The notes under the pieces were generated by a model. It worked only from the letters and a program-made list of their open reading frames with translations, made no database searches and was not told the DNA's origin. From Planctomycetota bacterium (GTDB lineage: Bacteria; Planctomycetota; B15-G4; SIAN01): a stretch of 64,000 bases of DNA. The stretch covers positions 160,001-224,000 of the forward strand of contig JANNXA010000016.1 of assembly GCA_031409275.1 (NCBI GenBank), read 5' to 3'. Each line of letters begins with the position of its first letter. The first letter of the stretch is position 1. This document shows positions 10,267 to 20,354 of the stretch, in pieces. A program made the position numbers and the translations under genes.

Positions 10267-11286
10267 ATGTTCGCAGCGATGGTGTTGGCGGCGTCGGCGG
10301 CTCTCGCCGGCGGCGACGACAAGGTTCCCGACTTCGGTGCCGTCGAGTGGTGGAACTCGATGCCGTTGACGACCGGACGCCTGAAGGGGCGCGCCATCTT
10401 CGTCGAGTCGTTCCGCACCTGGTGAGGCCCTTGCACCGGACAGCTCCCCCACTTGACGGCGCTTCACGAGAAGTTCCGCAAGAAGGGCGTGCTGGTCGTC
10501 GGCGTGTCCGACGAGACGCATGAACTCATCGACGAGTACGTGAAGAAGCACGCGATCGCCTTCCCGATCGCGCGGATCGACGAGAAGGGCGGCTTCGAGG
10601 CGGCGATCGGCGTCCAGGGCTTCCCGAGCGCGGCGTTGATCGGCGCGGACGGCAAGCTGATCTGGACCGGCCATCCGGCCGAGGTCGACGCCATGCTCGA
10701 CAAGGCGGCGAAGGCCTCGAAGATGACGCCGCTCCTGCCGGCGGCGTGCAGCGCCGCGGAGAAGCTGCTGAACGACGGCAAGAGCGGCCTCGCCTGGGCC
10801 GAGCTCGAAAAGGTCGCCACCGCCGGCACGTTGCAGGGCGACGACCTGAAGTCGGTGACCGACCTGATCGCCTACTTCGAGAAGGACGCCACGGCGCTCT
10901 GGAAGGAGGCCGAGGCGGCCGTCACCGCCAAGGACTGGATGAAGGCGGCGAGCGTTTGCGAGCGCCTGGTCCCGTACGCCGGCAAGGAGCCGGGTGATCT
11001 GGGCAAGGCGAAGCTCGCGGAGCTGCGAGCCGACCCGGCGCTGGTGAAGGAGATCGACGGCGCCAAACAGAACGCCACCGGAGCCGAGTTCGAGAAGGAG
11101 CTCGAGTTCAAGGAGGCGCAGAAGATCTACAAGCAGGTGGTCGCCAAGTTCGCCGGCAGCGAAGCGGCGAAGCAGGCGCAGAAGCGGCTCGACGTGATCA
11201 AGACGGACGGGCTGCTGAACATGGACAAGAACTGCGAGCTGTGCCGCGGGGGCAACCGCCCGTGCTCGCGACACGCGAAGGGCTGA
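10267..11286 (+). CDS. Exported TlpA/thioredoxin-like selenoprotein (UxxC) with helical C-terminal domain
   Basis: ORFs 10228..10425 and 10453..11286 share a frame; TGA at 10423-10425 gives FRTW-U-GPC; later VGVS and QGFPSAALIGADGKL; RBS GAGGAGG before ATG 10267. Confidence 0.85.
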
Positions 11287-11321
11287 CGCCCGACGACGAC
11301 CATTCGACCGATCGAAGTTCA

Positions 11322-11362
11322 GGGACCCGTCGCCGCTCGTCGGTGGCGGGTCCCGTTCGTTC
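11322..11362 (+). terminator. Probable intrinsic terminator hairpin
   Basis: 14-bp stem GGGACCCGTCGCCG / CGGTGGCGGGTCCC (two G.U pairs), 5-nt loop, followed by GTTCGTTC, just after the selenoprotein stop. Confidence 0.55.
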
Positions 11363-11384
11363 TGTCAGGCGCTCTAGCACCCCG

Positions 11385-11630
11385 CGCCGGTGGCGAACTC
11401 CGCGCCGGCGGCGCACGGGGACGCCGGTGGCGTGCGCACCGGTGGCGGGGATGTTTCCACCACTGCGCACCGGTGGTGCGCACCGGTGGCGGGGATGTTT
11501 CCACCACCGCAGAAATCTCGCCTTGCCCAGCGAGCGGCGCCGTTGACAGGCGCGACGGTTCATCGACCTCCGTAATCGCCGGGGAGCCGGGTGCGGAAAG
11601 GGCGGGAGAAAGATCCCCGCCACCGGTGGT
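11385..11630. repeat. REP/MITE-like inverted-repeat element, copy 1 (left end duplicated)
   Basis: TGCGCACCGGTGGCGGGGATGTTTCCACCAC at 11433 and 11477; inverted GGTGCGGAAAGGGCGGGAGAAAGATCCCCGCCACCGGTG at ~11590-11628. Confidence 0.8.
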
Positions 11631-11634
11631 GCAG

Positions 11635-12963
11635 TCAGCTCCGGTAGAGCGATTCGAACTGCTCGGCAATGGTCGCGGCGCTCGGGACCTCCTGCCGCGA
11701 GACCCGGAGGGCCTGCCAGAGACCCGGCTCGTTCACGAAGCGGGCGAGCGCGGCGAGCAGGTCGGCGGCGTCTCCGGGTCGAAACGCGAGGCCGTTGCCG
11801 CGCGCGGCGAGCAGCTCGTCCATGCCACCGTGACCCGCGACGATCACGGGCAATCTCGCGAGCGCGGCCTCATCGAGGGTGATCGGCGCGTTCTCGTACC
11901 AGCGCGACGGGACCACCAGCACGTCGATCGAGCCGAGCACCGCGGCCAGACGCGCGCGCTCGAAGCTGCCGTGGAACGTGATCGCCGAGTGGTGGAAGCG
12001 TGATTCGAGTCGCCGCGCGTAGGCACCGCCATCCCACGGCGACGTGCCATGGATCGCCAGCGTCGCCCTCGCCGGCCCACCGCCAGCGCCATCGATCAAC
12101 CGGCGGAACGCTTCGAGCAGCAGATCGGCGCCCTTCGAAGGCAGCAGCGATCCGACGAAGCCGAAACGCAGCGGTTTGCCAGGTTCCGCGCGCGGCGCGA
12201 GCGCCGCCGCCACTTCCGAAGCGACGCCGTTCGCGATGACGACTCCGCGCTCCATGTGCAGGCCGTGGCGGCGATGTTCGTCGAGCACGAAGCGCGACGG
12301 GGCGGTGATCACGTCCGCACGGCCGAGCTGCGCCAGCATCTCGGCGCTGCGCCGTCGAATGGCGATCGTGCCGAGGTTCTCGGCGAGGTAGCGCGGCAGA
12401 CCGGCGAGCGCCGCGAACGGCTCGCGCGCGAAGCGCTGCAACGCATAGCGCGCCCGCTTCTTGCCGATGCAGCGCGCGCAGCGCTGCGGTTCGATCTCGG
12501 CGCAAAGGTGGCCATCGGGCGTGAAGCGCTGGCCGCGCGCGCAGAGGTGCCAGAAGTCGTGCAGCGTGACGACGACGCGGGCACCGGCCTTTCGAGCCGC
12601 CTCGATCAGGTCGATCGAGAGTCCGAGCGTGTGGTGGAAGTGAACGACGTCGACCCCCGCCGCGAGCTCGCGCTCGAACGCGGCGTGAACGCCCGCATCG
12701 AGATAGGTGCCGCGCAAGGAGGTGGCGCGCTCCGGCAACGTCTTCAGCCGCGTCACCGCGACGCCTTCCACCCGCTCCCGCAGGGTGGCCAGCAACGGCA
12801 GGTCGGGCCAGCCGGTGCGCACGAAGGCACGCACGTCGTGGCCCCGTTCCAACAGCGCGCGCGCCAGCCAGTGGGCAGAGAGCTCGGCGCCGGCGTGCTC
12901 GCGCGGCGGGTACCCGTGCGCGACGACGAGGATGCGCAGCGGCGCGTTCAAGCTCGACTTCAT
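11635..12963 (-). CDS. GT4 family glycosyltransferase with Cys cluster
   Basis: RILVVAHGYPP..GAE; TLHDFWHLC..C..CARC; FVGSLLPSKG; PSRWYENAPITLDEA. Confidence 0.9.
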   Translation of the reverse strand: MKSSLNAPLRILVVAHGYPPREHAGAELSAHWLARALLERGHDVRAFVRTGWPDLPLLATLRERVEGVAVTRLKTLPERATSLRGTYLDAGVHAAFERELAAGVDVVHFHHTLGLSIDLIEAARKAGARVVVTLHDFWHLCARGQRFTPDGHLCAEIEPQRCARCIGKKRARYALQRFAREPFAALAGLPRYLAENLGTIAIRRRSAEMLAQLGRADVITAPSRFVLDEHRRHGLHMERGVVIANGVASEVAAALAPRAEPGKPLRFGFVGSLLPSKGADLLLEAFRRLIDGAGGGPARATLAIHGTSPWDGGAYARRLESRFHHSAITFHGSFERARLAAVLGSIDVLVVPSRWYENAPITLDEAALARLPVIVAGHGGMDELLAARGNGLAFRPGDAADLLAALARFVNEPGLWQALRVSRQEVPSAATIAEQFESLYRS

Positions 12964-13147
12964 CGTCCCCCGATCCATGGAAGAGCGCGGCCATCATGCC
13001 GCGATCGGCCGCGTGGCCGAGCAACCCAACGAAGCGCGAACAGTCGAACAACTCCTTCCCCCGCGCCCTCGCCCGCGCAATCATCGGCCGCTCCGACTGC
13101 CTTCCGGCAGCGCCGGTGCCGTCCATCGATCTGCCGAGGGAACCGAA

Positions 13148-15238
13148 ATGAGCGCGATCGCCTCCGCCTCGACTACCGCGGCGACTCCGGCCCCCGCCAT
13201 CCCGACGAGCCATCCGCGCGGCCTCTACGGCCTCTTCATGACCGAGATGTGGGAGCGCTTCTCCTACTACGGCATGCGCGCGCTGCTGATGAACTACATG
13301 ACCGTCTACCACGGCTGGCTGCCGTCGCAGGCATCGGGCGTCTACAAGTGGTACACGAGCCTCGTCTACCTGATGCCGCTGTTCGGAGGCATGGCCGCCG
13401 ACCGTTGGCTCGGGCTGATGCCGTCGATCATCATCGGATCGGTCTTGATGGCGCTCGGCCACTTCCTGATGGCCTTCGAGCAGGTCGAGATCTTCTACGT
13501 CGCGCTTGGCGTGCTGGTGCTCGGCAACGGCTTCTTCAAGCCGAACATCTCGACCCTGGTCGGGAAGATGTACTACAAGAACGACCCGCGTCGCGACGGC
13601 GCCTTCACGATCTTCTACATGGCCATCAACCTCGGCGCGTTCCTGTCGCCGCTGGTGTGTGGTTGGCTGCGCTACAACATGGGCGCCGTGCCCGGCATGG
13701 GCTTCCATTGGGGCTTCGCTGCCGCCGGGATCGGGATGCTGATCGGCTGCCTGACGTTCGTCGTCTGCAAGCGACAGGTGATCCGCGACGTCGAGGTGAC
13801 CGGCAACGAGCTCAAGCTCGCCCGCCACCAGACGCAGTCGGCCGCGGCGAAGCAGTCCGCCGCCGACGAAGCCACCGGAGGCACCGGCGGTGTCGGCGGC
13901 ATCGTCACCAGGCTCTTCCCGTGGGTCTTCACCGCGGTCGGCCTGTTCCTGGCGGGCTACGCGATCAACGAGCTGATGGGCGCTGCCAAGATCGGCGGCA
14001 AGCAGATCGCCAGCGCGGTCATGCCCATCGCGTACGGCGCGATCTTCACCGTCATGAGCGTCACGCTGTTCCGGATCAAGGGCGCCGCACGCGACAAGAG
14101 CACGGTGATCTTCTTCGCCTTCATCTTCATGGTCATCTTCTGGATGGCCTTCGAACAGGCCGGCAACGCGCTCACGACGTGGGCCGAGCACAACACCGTG
14201 TTCGAGATCGGCGGCTGGCGCATGCCGTCGGAGTGGTGGCAGTCGGTGAACGCGGTGCTGATCGTCGCGCTCGCGCCGCTGATCTCCTCGCTCTGGCAGC
14301 GGCTCGGCAAGTACGAGCCGACGACGCCGACCAAGATGTTCCTCGCGCTCGGGTTCATGGCCGCGGCCTTCGTGCCGATGGTCGTCGCGGCGGGCAAGGA
14401 AGACGCGACGCGCACCCGCGTCCCGTGCGCCGCCTTGCCGGCGCAGTACGTGCTGGCGGACGCCGCGACCGGCACCTTCGGACCGGCCCCGGAGAACGCG
14501 GGCAACGCGGTGACCGGCGTCGACGCCGGACGCCTGCGCTTCAAGGACGGGCAGCTCGAGAAGGACGGAGCGCTCGGCCACTACCTCGTGATCGATCTCC
14601 TGAAGCCGACCGTCCCCACCGCGTTCGCCGAGCAGGTGCTCGGCGTCGCCAACGCCGACGGCGATCGGATCGGCGGACTCGATCAGTTCTGCCGCGGCGC
14701 CTCGAAGGAGTCGCCCAAGGTCCGCAAGTTCGAGGGCGTGCCGGCGGGCTACAAGCTGCCGTTCACAGCCGACGAACTGGCGAACCTCGGGATCGACTGG
14801 AATGTCGCGACCAGCACCATGACGTTCACCGCGTATGCCGAAGCGCCGACGCGGACCGAGATCCTCATCGCGGGCGCCACGCCCGAGTGGCGCGATTCCC
14901 TGATCGCGCTGCGGGAGCAGTCGAAGAGCGCGCGCGTCAGCGGCGTCTGGCTCTTCATCCAGTACCTCTTCGCGACGCTCGGGGAGCTGTGCATCTCCCC
15001 GGTCGGTCTCTCGCTGGTGACCAAGCTCGCGCCGCTTCGCTTCGCCGCCCTGTTCATGGGCGTGTTCCTGATGTCGAACTCGCTCGCGCAGTACGCGGGC
15101 GGCCTGCTCGGCGAATCGTGGGGCCTGATCCCGCCGGTCGACTACTTCACCTTCTTCGTGTGGACGTCGCTCGGCGGCTGCATCCTCGCCGGCCTGCTGA
15201 TCAAGCCGCTCAAACAGATGATGCACGACGTCCGATGA
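13148..15238 (+). CDS. POT/PTR family peptide:H+ symporter with large extracytoplasmic insertion
   Basis: EMWERFSYYGMR, GNGFFKPNIS, FYMAINLGAF, WWQSVN, GELCISPVGLS. Confidence 0.92.
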   Translation: MSAIASASTTAATPAPAIPTSHPRGLYGLFMTEMWERFSYYGMRALLMNYMTVYHGWLPSQASGVYKWYTSLVYLMPLFGGMAADRWLGLMPSIIIGSVLMALGHFLMAFEQVEIFYVALGVLVLGNGFFKPNISTLVGKMYYKNDPRRDGAFTIFYMAINLGAFLSPLVCGWLRYNMGAVPGMGFHWGFAAAGIGMLIGCLTFVVCKRQVIRDVEVTGNELKLARHQTQSAAAKQSAADEATGGTGGVGGIVTRLFPWVFTAVGLFLAGYAINELMGAAKIGGKQIASAVMPIAYGAIFTVMSVTLFRIKGAARDKSTVIFFAFIFMVIFWMAFEQAGNALTTWAEHNTVFEIGGWRMPSEWWQSVNAVLIVALAPLISSLWQRLGKYEPTTPTKMFLALGFMAAAFVPMVVAAGKEDATRTRVPCAALPAQYVLADAATGTFGPAPENAGNAVTGVDAGRLRFKDGQLEKDGALGHYLVIDLLKPTVPTAFAEQVLGVANADGDRIGGLDQFCRGASKESPKVRKFEGVPAGYKLPFTADELANLGIDWNVATSTMTFTAYAEAPTRTEILIAGATPEWRDSLIALREQSKSARVSGVWLFIQYLFATLGELCISPVGLSLVTKLAPLRFAALFMGVFLMSNSLAQYAGGLLGESWGLIPPVDYFTFFVWTSLGGCILAGLLIKPLKQMMHDVR

Positions 15239-15260
15239 GCCGATTCAGGCGAGCCCAGGC

Positions 15261-16094
15261 GTGATCCATCTGGAGGGTCGCATCGCCGTCGAGGCCGCGC
15301 TGGCGGCGGGTCGGCGGCGGGTCGAAGTCGTCCTGCTCGACGAGGGCAAGCACGCCGAGAAGCTCGATCCGCTGCTGGCGGCGGCGGCGCGGCGCAAGGT
15401 GGCGGTGCAGCGCGTGCCGGCCGGAGAGCTCGACGTGCTGGCGCACGGGCGCTCGCACGGCGGCGTGATGGCGCGTTGCGAGCCGCTGCCCGCGACGACC
15501 GAACGCGAGCTGCTGGCGACGCTCGATGGCCTCGGCAGCGCCCCGCTCCTGCTGCTGCTCGACGGGGTCGACGACGACCGCAATCTGGGATTCACGCTGC
15601 GATCGGCCGAGGCGCTCGGCGCGACGGCGGTTCTGGTGAAGAAGCATTCGCTCGACTTCGACGAGACCGAGGTCTCGCGCAGCTCGTCGGGCGCGTTCGA
15701 GCGTCTTCCCCTGGTGCATCTCGACCGCGAAAGCGGGCTGCTGCCCGAGCTGCGCCGGCGCCGCTTCGCGATGGTGGCCTGCGTCGCGAATGCCAAGCGC
15801 GCGATCTGGGAGCACAACTTCGCCGGTCCGACGCTTTTCGCCGTGGGCGGCGAGAAACGCGGGCTGTCGGCGGCGGTGCGCGACGAGTGCAGCGACTTCG
15901 CCCGCATCCCGATGCACTCCGAAGTGACGTCGCTGTCGCTCTCCCATGCGGCGGCGATCCTGCTGGCCGAAGCCGCGCGCCAGCGCCACGTCGCGGCCAA
16001 GTTCGCCGCCGCCGCGGCGGCGGCTGCGGCGCTGTCGGCGGCCGCCGCAGCAAACGTTCGACCTTCCCCGCCCGCTCCTGGAGCTCCCGCGTGA
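15261..16094 (+). CDS. TrmH/SpoU family RNA 2'-O-methyltransferase (RlmB-like)
   Basis: LDGVDDDRNLGFTLRSA; VGGEKRGL; IPMHSEVTSLSLSHAA. Confidence 0.88.
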   Translation: MIHLEGRIAVEAALAAGRRRVEVVLLDEGKHAEKLDPLLAAAARRKVAVQRVPAGELDVLAHGRSHGGVMARCEPLPATTERELLATLDGLGSAPLLLLLDGVDDDRNLGFTLRSAEALGATAVLVKKHSLDFDETEVSRSSSGAFERLPLVHLDRESGLLPELRRRRFAMVACVANAKRAIWEHNFAGPTLFAVGGEKRGLSAAVRDECSDFARIPMHSEVTSLSLSHAAAILLAEAARQRHVAAKFAAAAAAAAALSAAAAANVRPSPPAPGAPA

Positions 16095-16415
16095 CCGATT
16101 CGTCCAACTTCGAACTCGAGCGTGCAGTCGCGGCGGAGATCCGCGCGCAGCTCGACGCTCTCCCACGCGCGGGCGCGACCATCGACCCCTCTGCGATCGC
16201 TCGCGCGCTCGATCCCGAATGGCCTCGCCACTTGATGGCGACCGTGCGCGAGGTGGCGCGGCAGATGGCGGAACGCGGGGAGCTGGTGGTGACGCGCCAC
16301 GGGAAGCCCGTGACCGAGTGGCCGTGGCGTGGCGTCATCCGCCTGCGCGCCGTGATGCCGGGCGGTGTCAAACCGGGCGCAAGCGCTGCGGACGCAAATC
16401 CCGAGGAGGCGCCGC

Positions 16416-16435
<20 letters not shown>
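16091..16435 (+). CDS. DUF3253 domain protein
   Basis: ATIDPSAIARAL..LMATVREVA..GELVVTRHGKPV..RGVIRLR; GTGA overlap with the upstream gene. Confidence 0.75.
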
Positions 16436-17048
<613 letters not shown>

Positions 17049-17182
17049 GGGCGCAGAGGATACGCGACGCCGGACGAGCGCGGCGCCGAAGCGAAGCGGG
17101 CGCCCCACCTTGCGATGGGACGCCCGCGAAACACCGTTCTGGAACGCTCCGGATCGGCCGGAGCTCGCGATCGAGCGGCTCG

Positions 17183-18778
17183 TTACTTGACCGGCGCTCC
17201 CACCAGTTCGGAGGCGAACGCGATCCACTCGTCGTTGACCTTCTTGAAGATGTCGAGGCCCGTCACCTCGAACAGCTCCTCCGACTTCTTGCGCCACTGC
17301 GGGATGAAGCCGCCAGGCACCGCCGCCGCATTGCAGCAGGCACGCAGCCAGCGCTGCCCCTTCTCGCCTTGGCTCTTGGCCACGAAGTTGAACATGCTGA
17401 ACGACTTGGCGACGTCGGGGTCGCCGAACTCGGCCAGCTTCTTCATCGCCAGCGTGTCGATCGTCGGCCCCTCTTCCAGCGCGAGGCGGTGGTAGATGTC
17501 GGCCGTGCCCTGACGCAGCGCGCTCTCTTCGCTGTTGTCGCCCTTGCCCTTCGTCGCGTACTTGCCGGTGTCGAACGCAACGCACTGCACCGAGTTGCGG
17601 CCGAGGTACTCGAGCGACAGCCAGTTGCCGACCCCTTCGTAGAGCCAGTCGGCCACGTCGTTCGAGCGATCCTGGTTGTAGTGGATGTTGACCAGGTCAT
17701 GGCCCATGTTGTGGGCGATCATCCCTTCGAGGTCGGACTGGTCGGCGGTGCGCCACTGGTGCACGTAGGCGGGCGCCGTGCCGCGGCGCATGCCATGGCC
17801 GGCGGCCTCGAGCTGCTTCTGCCGGTTGGGCCCCTCGAAGGTCATCCCGTAGTACTTGTTGAGGAACTTCTCGTTGAGGTTGATGTCGTCGGGCCCGAAG
17901 AAAGACTCGGTGAACAGCCCGTCGGGGATGTAGTCCTTGAAGTCGTCGGAGATGTAGGGATCGACGAACTGGACGCGGAACCCCTCGATCAGGTTCTCGC
18001 CGAGCTCGAGCAGGCTCTTCACGCGGTCGTCACCGCACTCCTCGCGGTAGATGATCCGCATGTGCTGGCTCTCGGCCGTGTGGAAGACCGTGGCGTCGCC
18101 GTAGACCTCCTTGCCGATCCGCGTGACGTCCTCGGCCGTCGGCACGATCTTGATCGACTGCTTGGCCAGCTCGATGCGCTGCGCATTGGCCTCCTTCGAG
18201 GCCTTCATCTCGGCGTCGATCTCGCGCTTGATCTTGCGCGACGCCTTGCCGTAGATGGTCGAGTCGAGCCAGGACTTGAGGCGCTCCATGGTCTGGATGA
18301 GCGCGGTCTGCTTGCTCTTCCATTCCGGCGTCCCCTTCTTCAGGGAGTCGCGCTGCTTCTTCAGATCCTCGATCTCGTCCTGGCGCTTGCCGTACTCCTT
18401 GGTCAGCCCCCACAGGCTCTGATCCCTCAGGAAGACGGAGATGTTCTTGATGTCGTCGCCGTTGACACTGACGCTCGCCTTGCCGCCCGCCTTGACCTTC
18501 TGCCCCTTCTCGAGCTTGTAGGGGCAGGCACGGGGGTTATCCATGTCGGCGACCCACAGCTCGTTGGTCTTCGGCGAGTAGGTCAGCTTGCCGGCGGTCT
18601 CGTCGAGCTCGATGCCCGACTTCGACTCACCGACCAGCAGCAGCTCTTCGTTCACTTCGATGCAGAAGGCCTTGAACTTCTTCGCGGTCTTCGGGTCCTT
18701 GAACTCGATCTTGAAGATCTGCGCGGTCGCGTTCGACGCGAGGCACAGCACGGCGAGGAGGGCGGCGAGCAAGCGCAT
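17183..18778 (-). CDS. Secreted protein with gluzincin-like C-terminal domain (HNMGH, no catalytic Glu)
   Basis: Signal peptide MRLLAALLAVLCLASNATA; Lys-rich coiled coil; AHNMGH...WLYEG. Confidence 0.65.
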   Translation of the reverse strand: MRLLAALLAVLCLASNATAQIFKIEFKDPKTAKKFKAFCIEVNEELLLVGESKSGIELDETAGKLTYSPKTNELWVADMDNPRACPYKLEKGQKVKAGGKASVSVNGDDIKNISVFLRDQSLWGLTKEYGKRQDEIEDLKKQRDSLKKGTPEWKSKQTALIQTMERLKSWLDSTIYGKASRKIKREIDAEMKASKEANAQRIELAKQSIKIVPTAEDVTRIGKEVYGDATVFHTAESQHMRIIYREECGDDRVKSLLELGENLIEGFRVQFVDPYISDDFKDYIPDGLFTESFFGPDDINLNEKFLNKYYGMTFEGPNRQKQLEAAGHGMRRGTAPAYVHQWRTADQSDLEGMIAHNMGHDLVNIHYNQDRSNDVADWLYEGVGNWLSLEYLGRNSVQCVAFDTGKYATKGKGDNSEESALRQGTADIYHRLALEEGPTIDTLAMKKLAEFGDPDVAKSFSMFNFVAKSQGEKGQRWLRACCNAAAVPGGFIPQWRKKSEELFEVTGLDIFKKVNDEWIAFASELVGAPVK

Positions 18779-18978
18779 GAGGTGGACGCTCCTTCGAGTC
18801 GGTCTCGGCGATCAGAGCACGCGGAGAGGTCGACCGTTGGGTGGTAGCCATTCGCGGGCGGTGCTGCCGCTCATGAGTGGGGCTGCGGATGATAGTCGCC
18901 CCTGAGGCGGCCGGGGAAGACGGCCGAGGAACGCGAGCGGCCCGGGCACCGGGACGCCGTCGCGCGGCCGCAGTCGCC

Positions 18979-20268
18979 TCAGTACGGACCGCGCCGGGCA
19001 GGAGTTCCGTGGAGCGCCGCCGCAAGACGGCTCAGGGCGCGGCGCAACAGCGGATCGACTCCTTGCGCGTAAGGCCCGGCGCGCTCGACCGCCTCGGTCG
19101 GCGCGACCCCGACCCCCTCGAGCGAGCTGCCATCGCCGACCGGGACCTCCATCAGCGGCGCTTCGAGGAAGTGGCCGCCGGGGAGCGGAAAGAACCCGGC
19201 GCCGAGCACCGCCCCTTCGGTCCGCTCTCCGATCAACGCACCCAGCCCCTCCGCCCGCACGTTCCAAGCGAGGATCTCCTTGGCGCTGCGCGTCCGATCG
19301 TCGATCAGGAAGGCGACCGGTCGACGCCACGGTGCCACGCTGCGCACCGTCGATCCCTTGCGCCCGGCCCGAAACGGCGCCAGCAGGCCCGGGATCTCGT
19401 CGGCGTAACCGCCGCGGCCGCGCAGGTCGACGATCAGCGCGTCGCAACGGGCCAACGGCCCGCGCAACGCGTCGGCCAGCATCTGCGCCGAACCACGCGC
19501 CACCATCCAGAGGTGGATCACGCCGATCCGGTGGCCGCCGTGGGAGACGATGCGAATGCTGCGCCGTCCCGCCTCGAGTCCGCTCGTCGACTCGGACGTG
19601 AGCTGCAGCCCACGCTCCGGTCCGCGCGCTTGCGACCGCACGCGCAAGTCGATCCCCTCGCCAGCCTCGTCGGTGGCGAGCGTGAAGAGGCGCGACTTCT
19701 CTTCGCCCGGGTCGTACCCGGCATCGACCACCCACTCGCTGTCGAACGGGACGTCGCCAGCCACCGCGACGATCTCATCGCCGATCCGCAGCCCCGCTTG
19801 CTCGGCCGGTCCACGCTCGAACAGCGCGCGGACGAACAGACGTCCCTCGACCATCTCCTCGAGCAGGACGCCGAACGTGGGCGACGGCTTGCCCGAAAGC
19901 TCGTTCATCATCGTTCGGTAGATCGGCTCGCTCAGCACCGCGGCGTGCGAGGCGCCGACTTCGGCCACCATCGCGTTCAGCACCTCGCGCAGCTCGAGTC
20001 CAGGAGCGGCGGCATCGGCGCGCGGTCGCCACTCGCGTTCGAGCGCACGCCAATCGATGTCGTCGCGCGAGCGCATGTAGGGCGTGCTGCGCAACGAGCG
20101 CACGCAAGCGTCGAAGGTCTTGAGCGTCGCATCGGAAGGCGCGAGAGCCGGCGCACGAGCGACCGCCATGGCGGGCGCCGCCCATAGCGCCGCGCTCGCC
20201 ACCATCAGAGAGAGCGCGGCCCGCCACGAGACCGCACCACGAAGCCGGCCGATGAGATTCGCGCGCAT
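18979..20268 (-). CDS. S41 family peptidase with PDZ domain
   Basis: GPAEQAGLRIGDEIVAV; IVDLRGRGGG; TRSAKE; IGERTEGAV; LEGVGVAP. Confidence 0.88.
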   Translation of the reverse strand: MRANLIGRLRGAVSWRAALSLMVASAALWAAPAMAVARAPALAPSDATLKTFDACVRSLRSTPYMRSRDDIDWRALEREWRPRADAAAPGLELREVLNAMVAEVGASHAAVLSEPIYRTMMNELSGKPSPTFGVLLEEMVEGRLFVRALFERGPAEQAGLRIGDEIVAVAGDVPFDSEWVVDAGYDPGEEKSRLFTLATDEAGEGIDLRVRSQARGPERGLQLTSESTSGLEAGRRSIRIVSHGGHRIGVIHLWMVARGSAQMLADALRGPLARCDALIVDLRGRGGYADEIPGLLAPFRAGRKGSTVRSVAPWRRPVAFLIDDRTRSAKEILAWNVRAEGLGALIGERTEGAVLGAGFFPLPGGHFLEAPLMEVPVGDGSSLEGVGVAPTEAVERAGPYAQGVDPLLRRALSRLAAALHGTPARRGPY

Positions 20269-20354
20269 GGTCGATTCGACCTCCTCGGTCCGTACGACGC
20301 CGCTGCCGCGATGTGAGCAATGATCTTCCGATTCGCGGTTCGCGCGGCGCGGCC

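Noticed and set aside
11433..11507. 31-bp direct repeat as a possible CRISPR array
   Set aside because: Only two copies with a 13-bp spacer and no cas genes; the unit belongs to the dispersed inverted-repeat family
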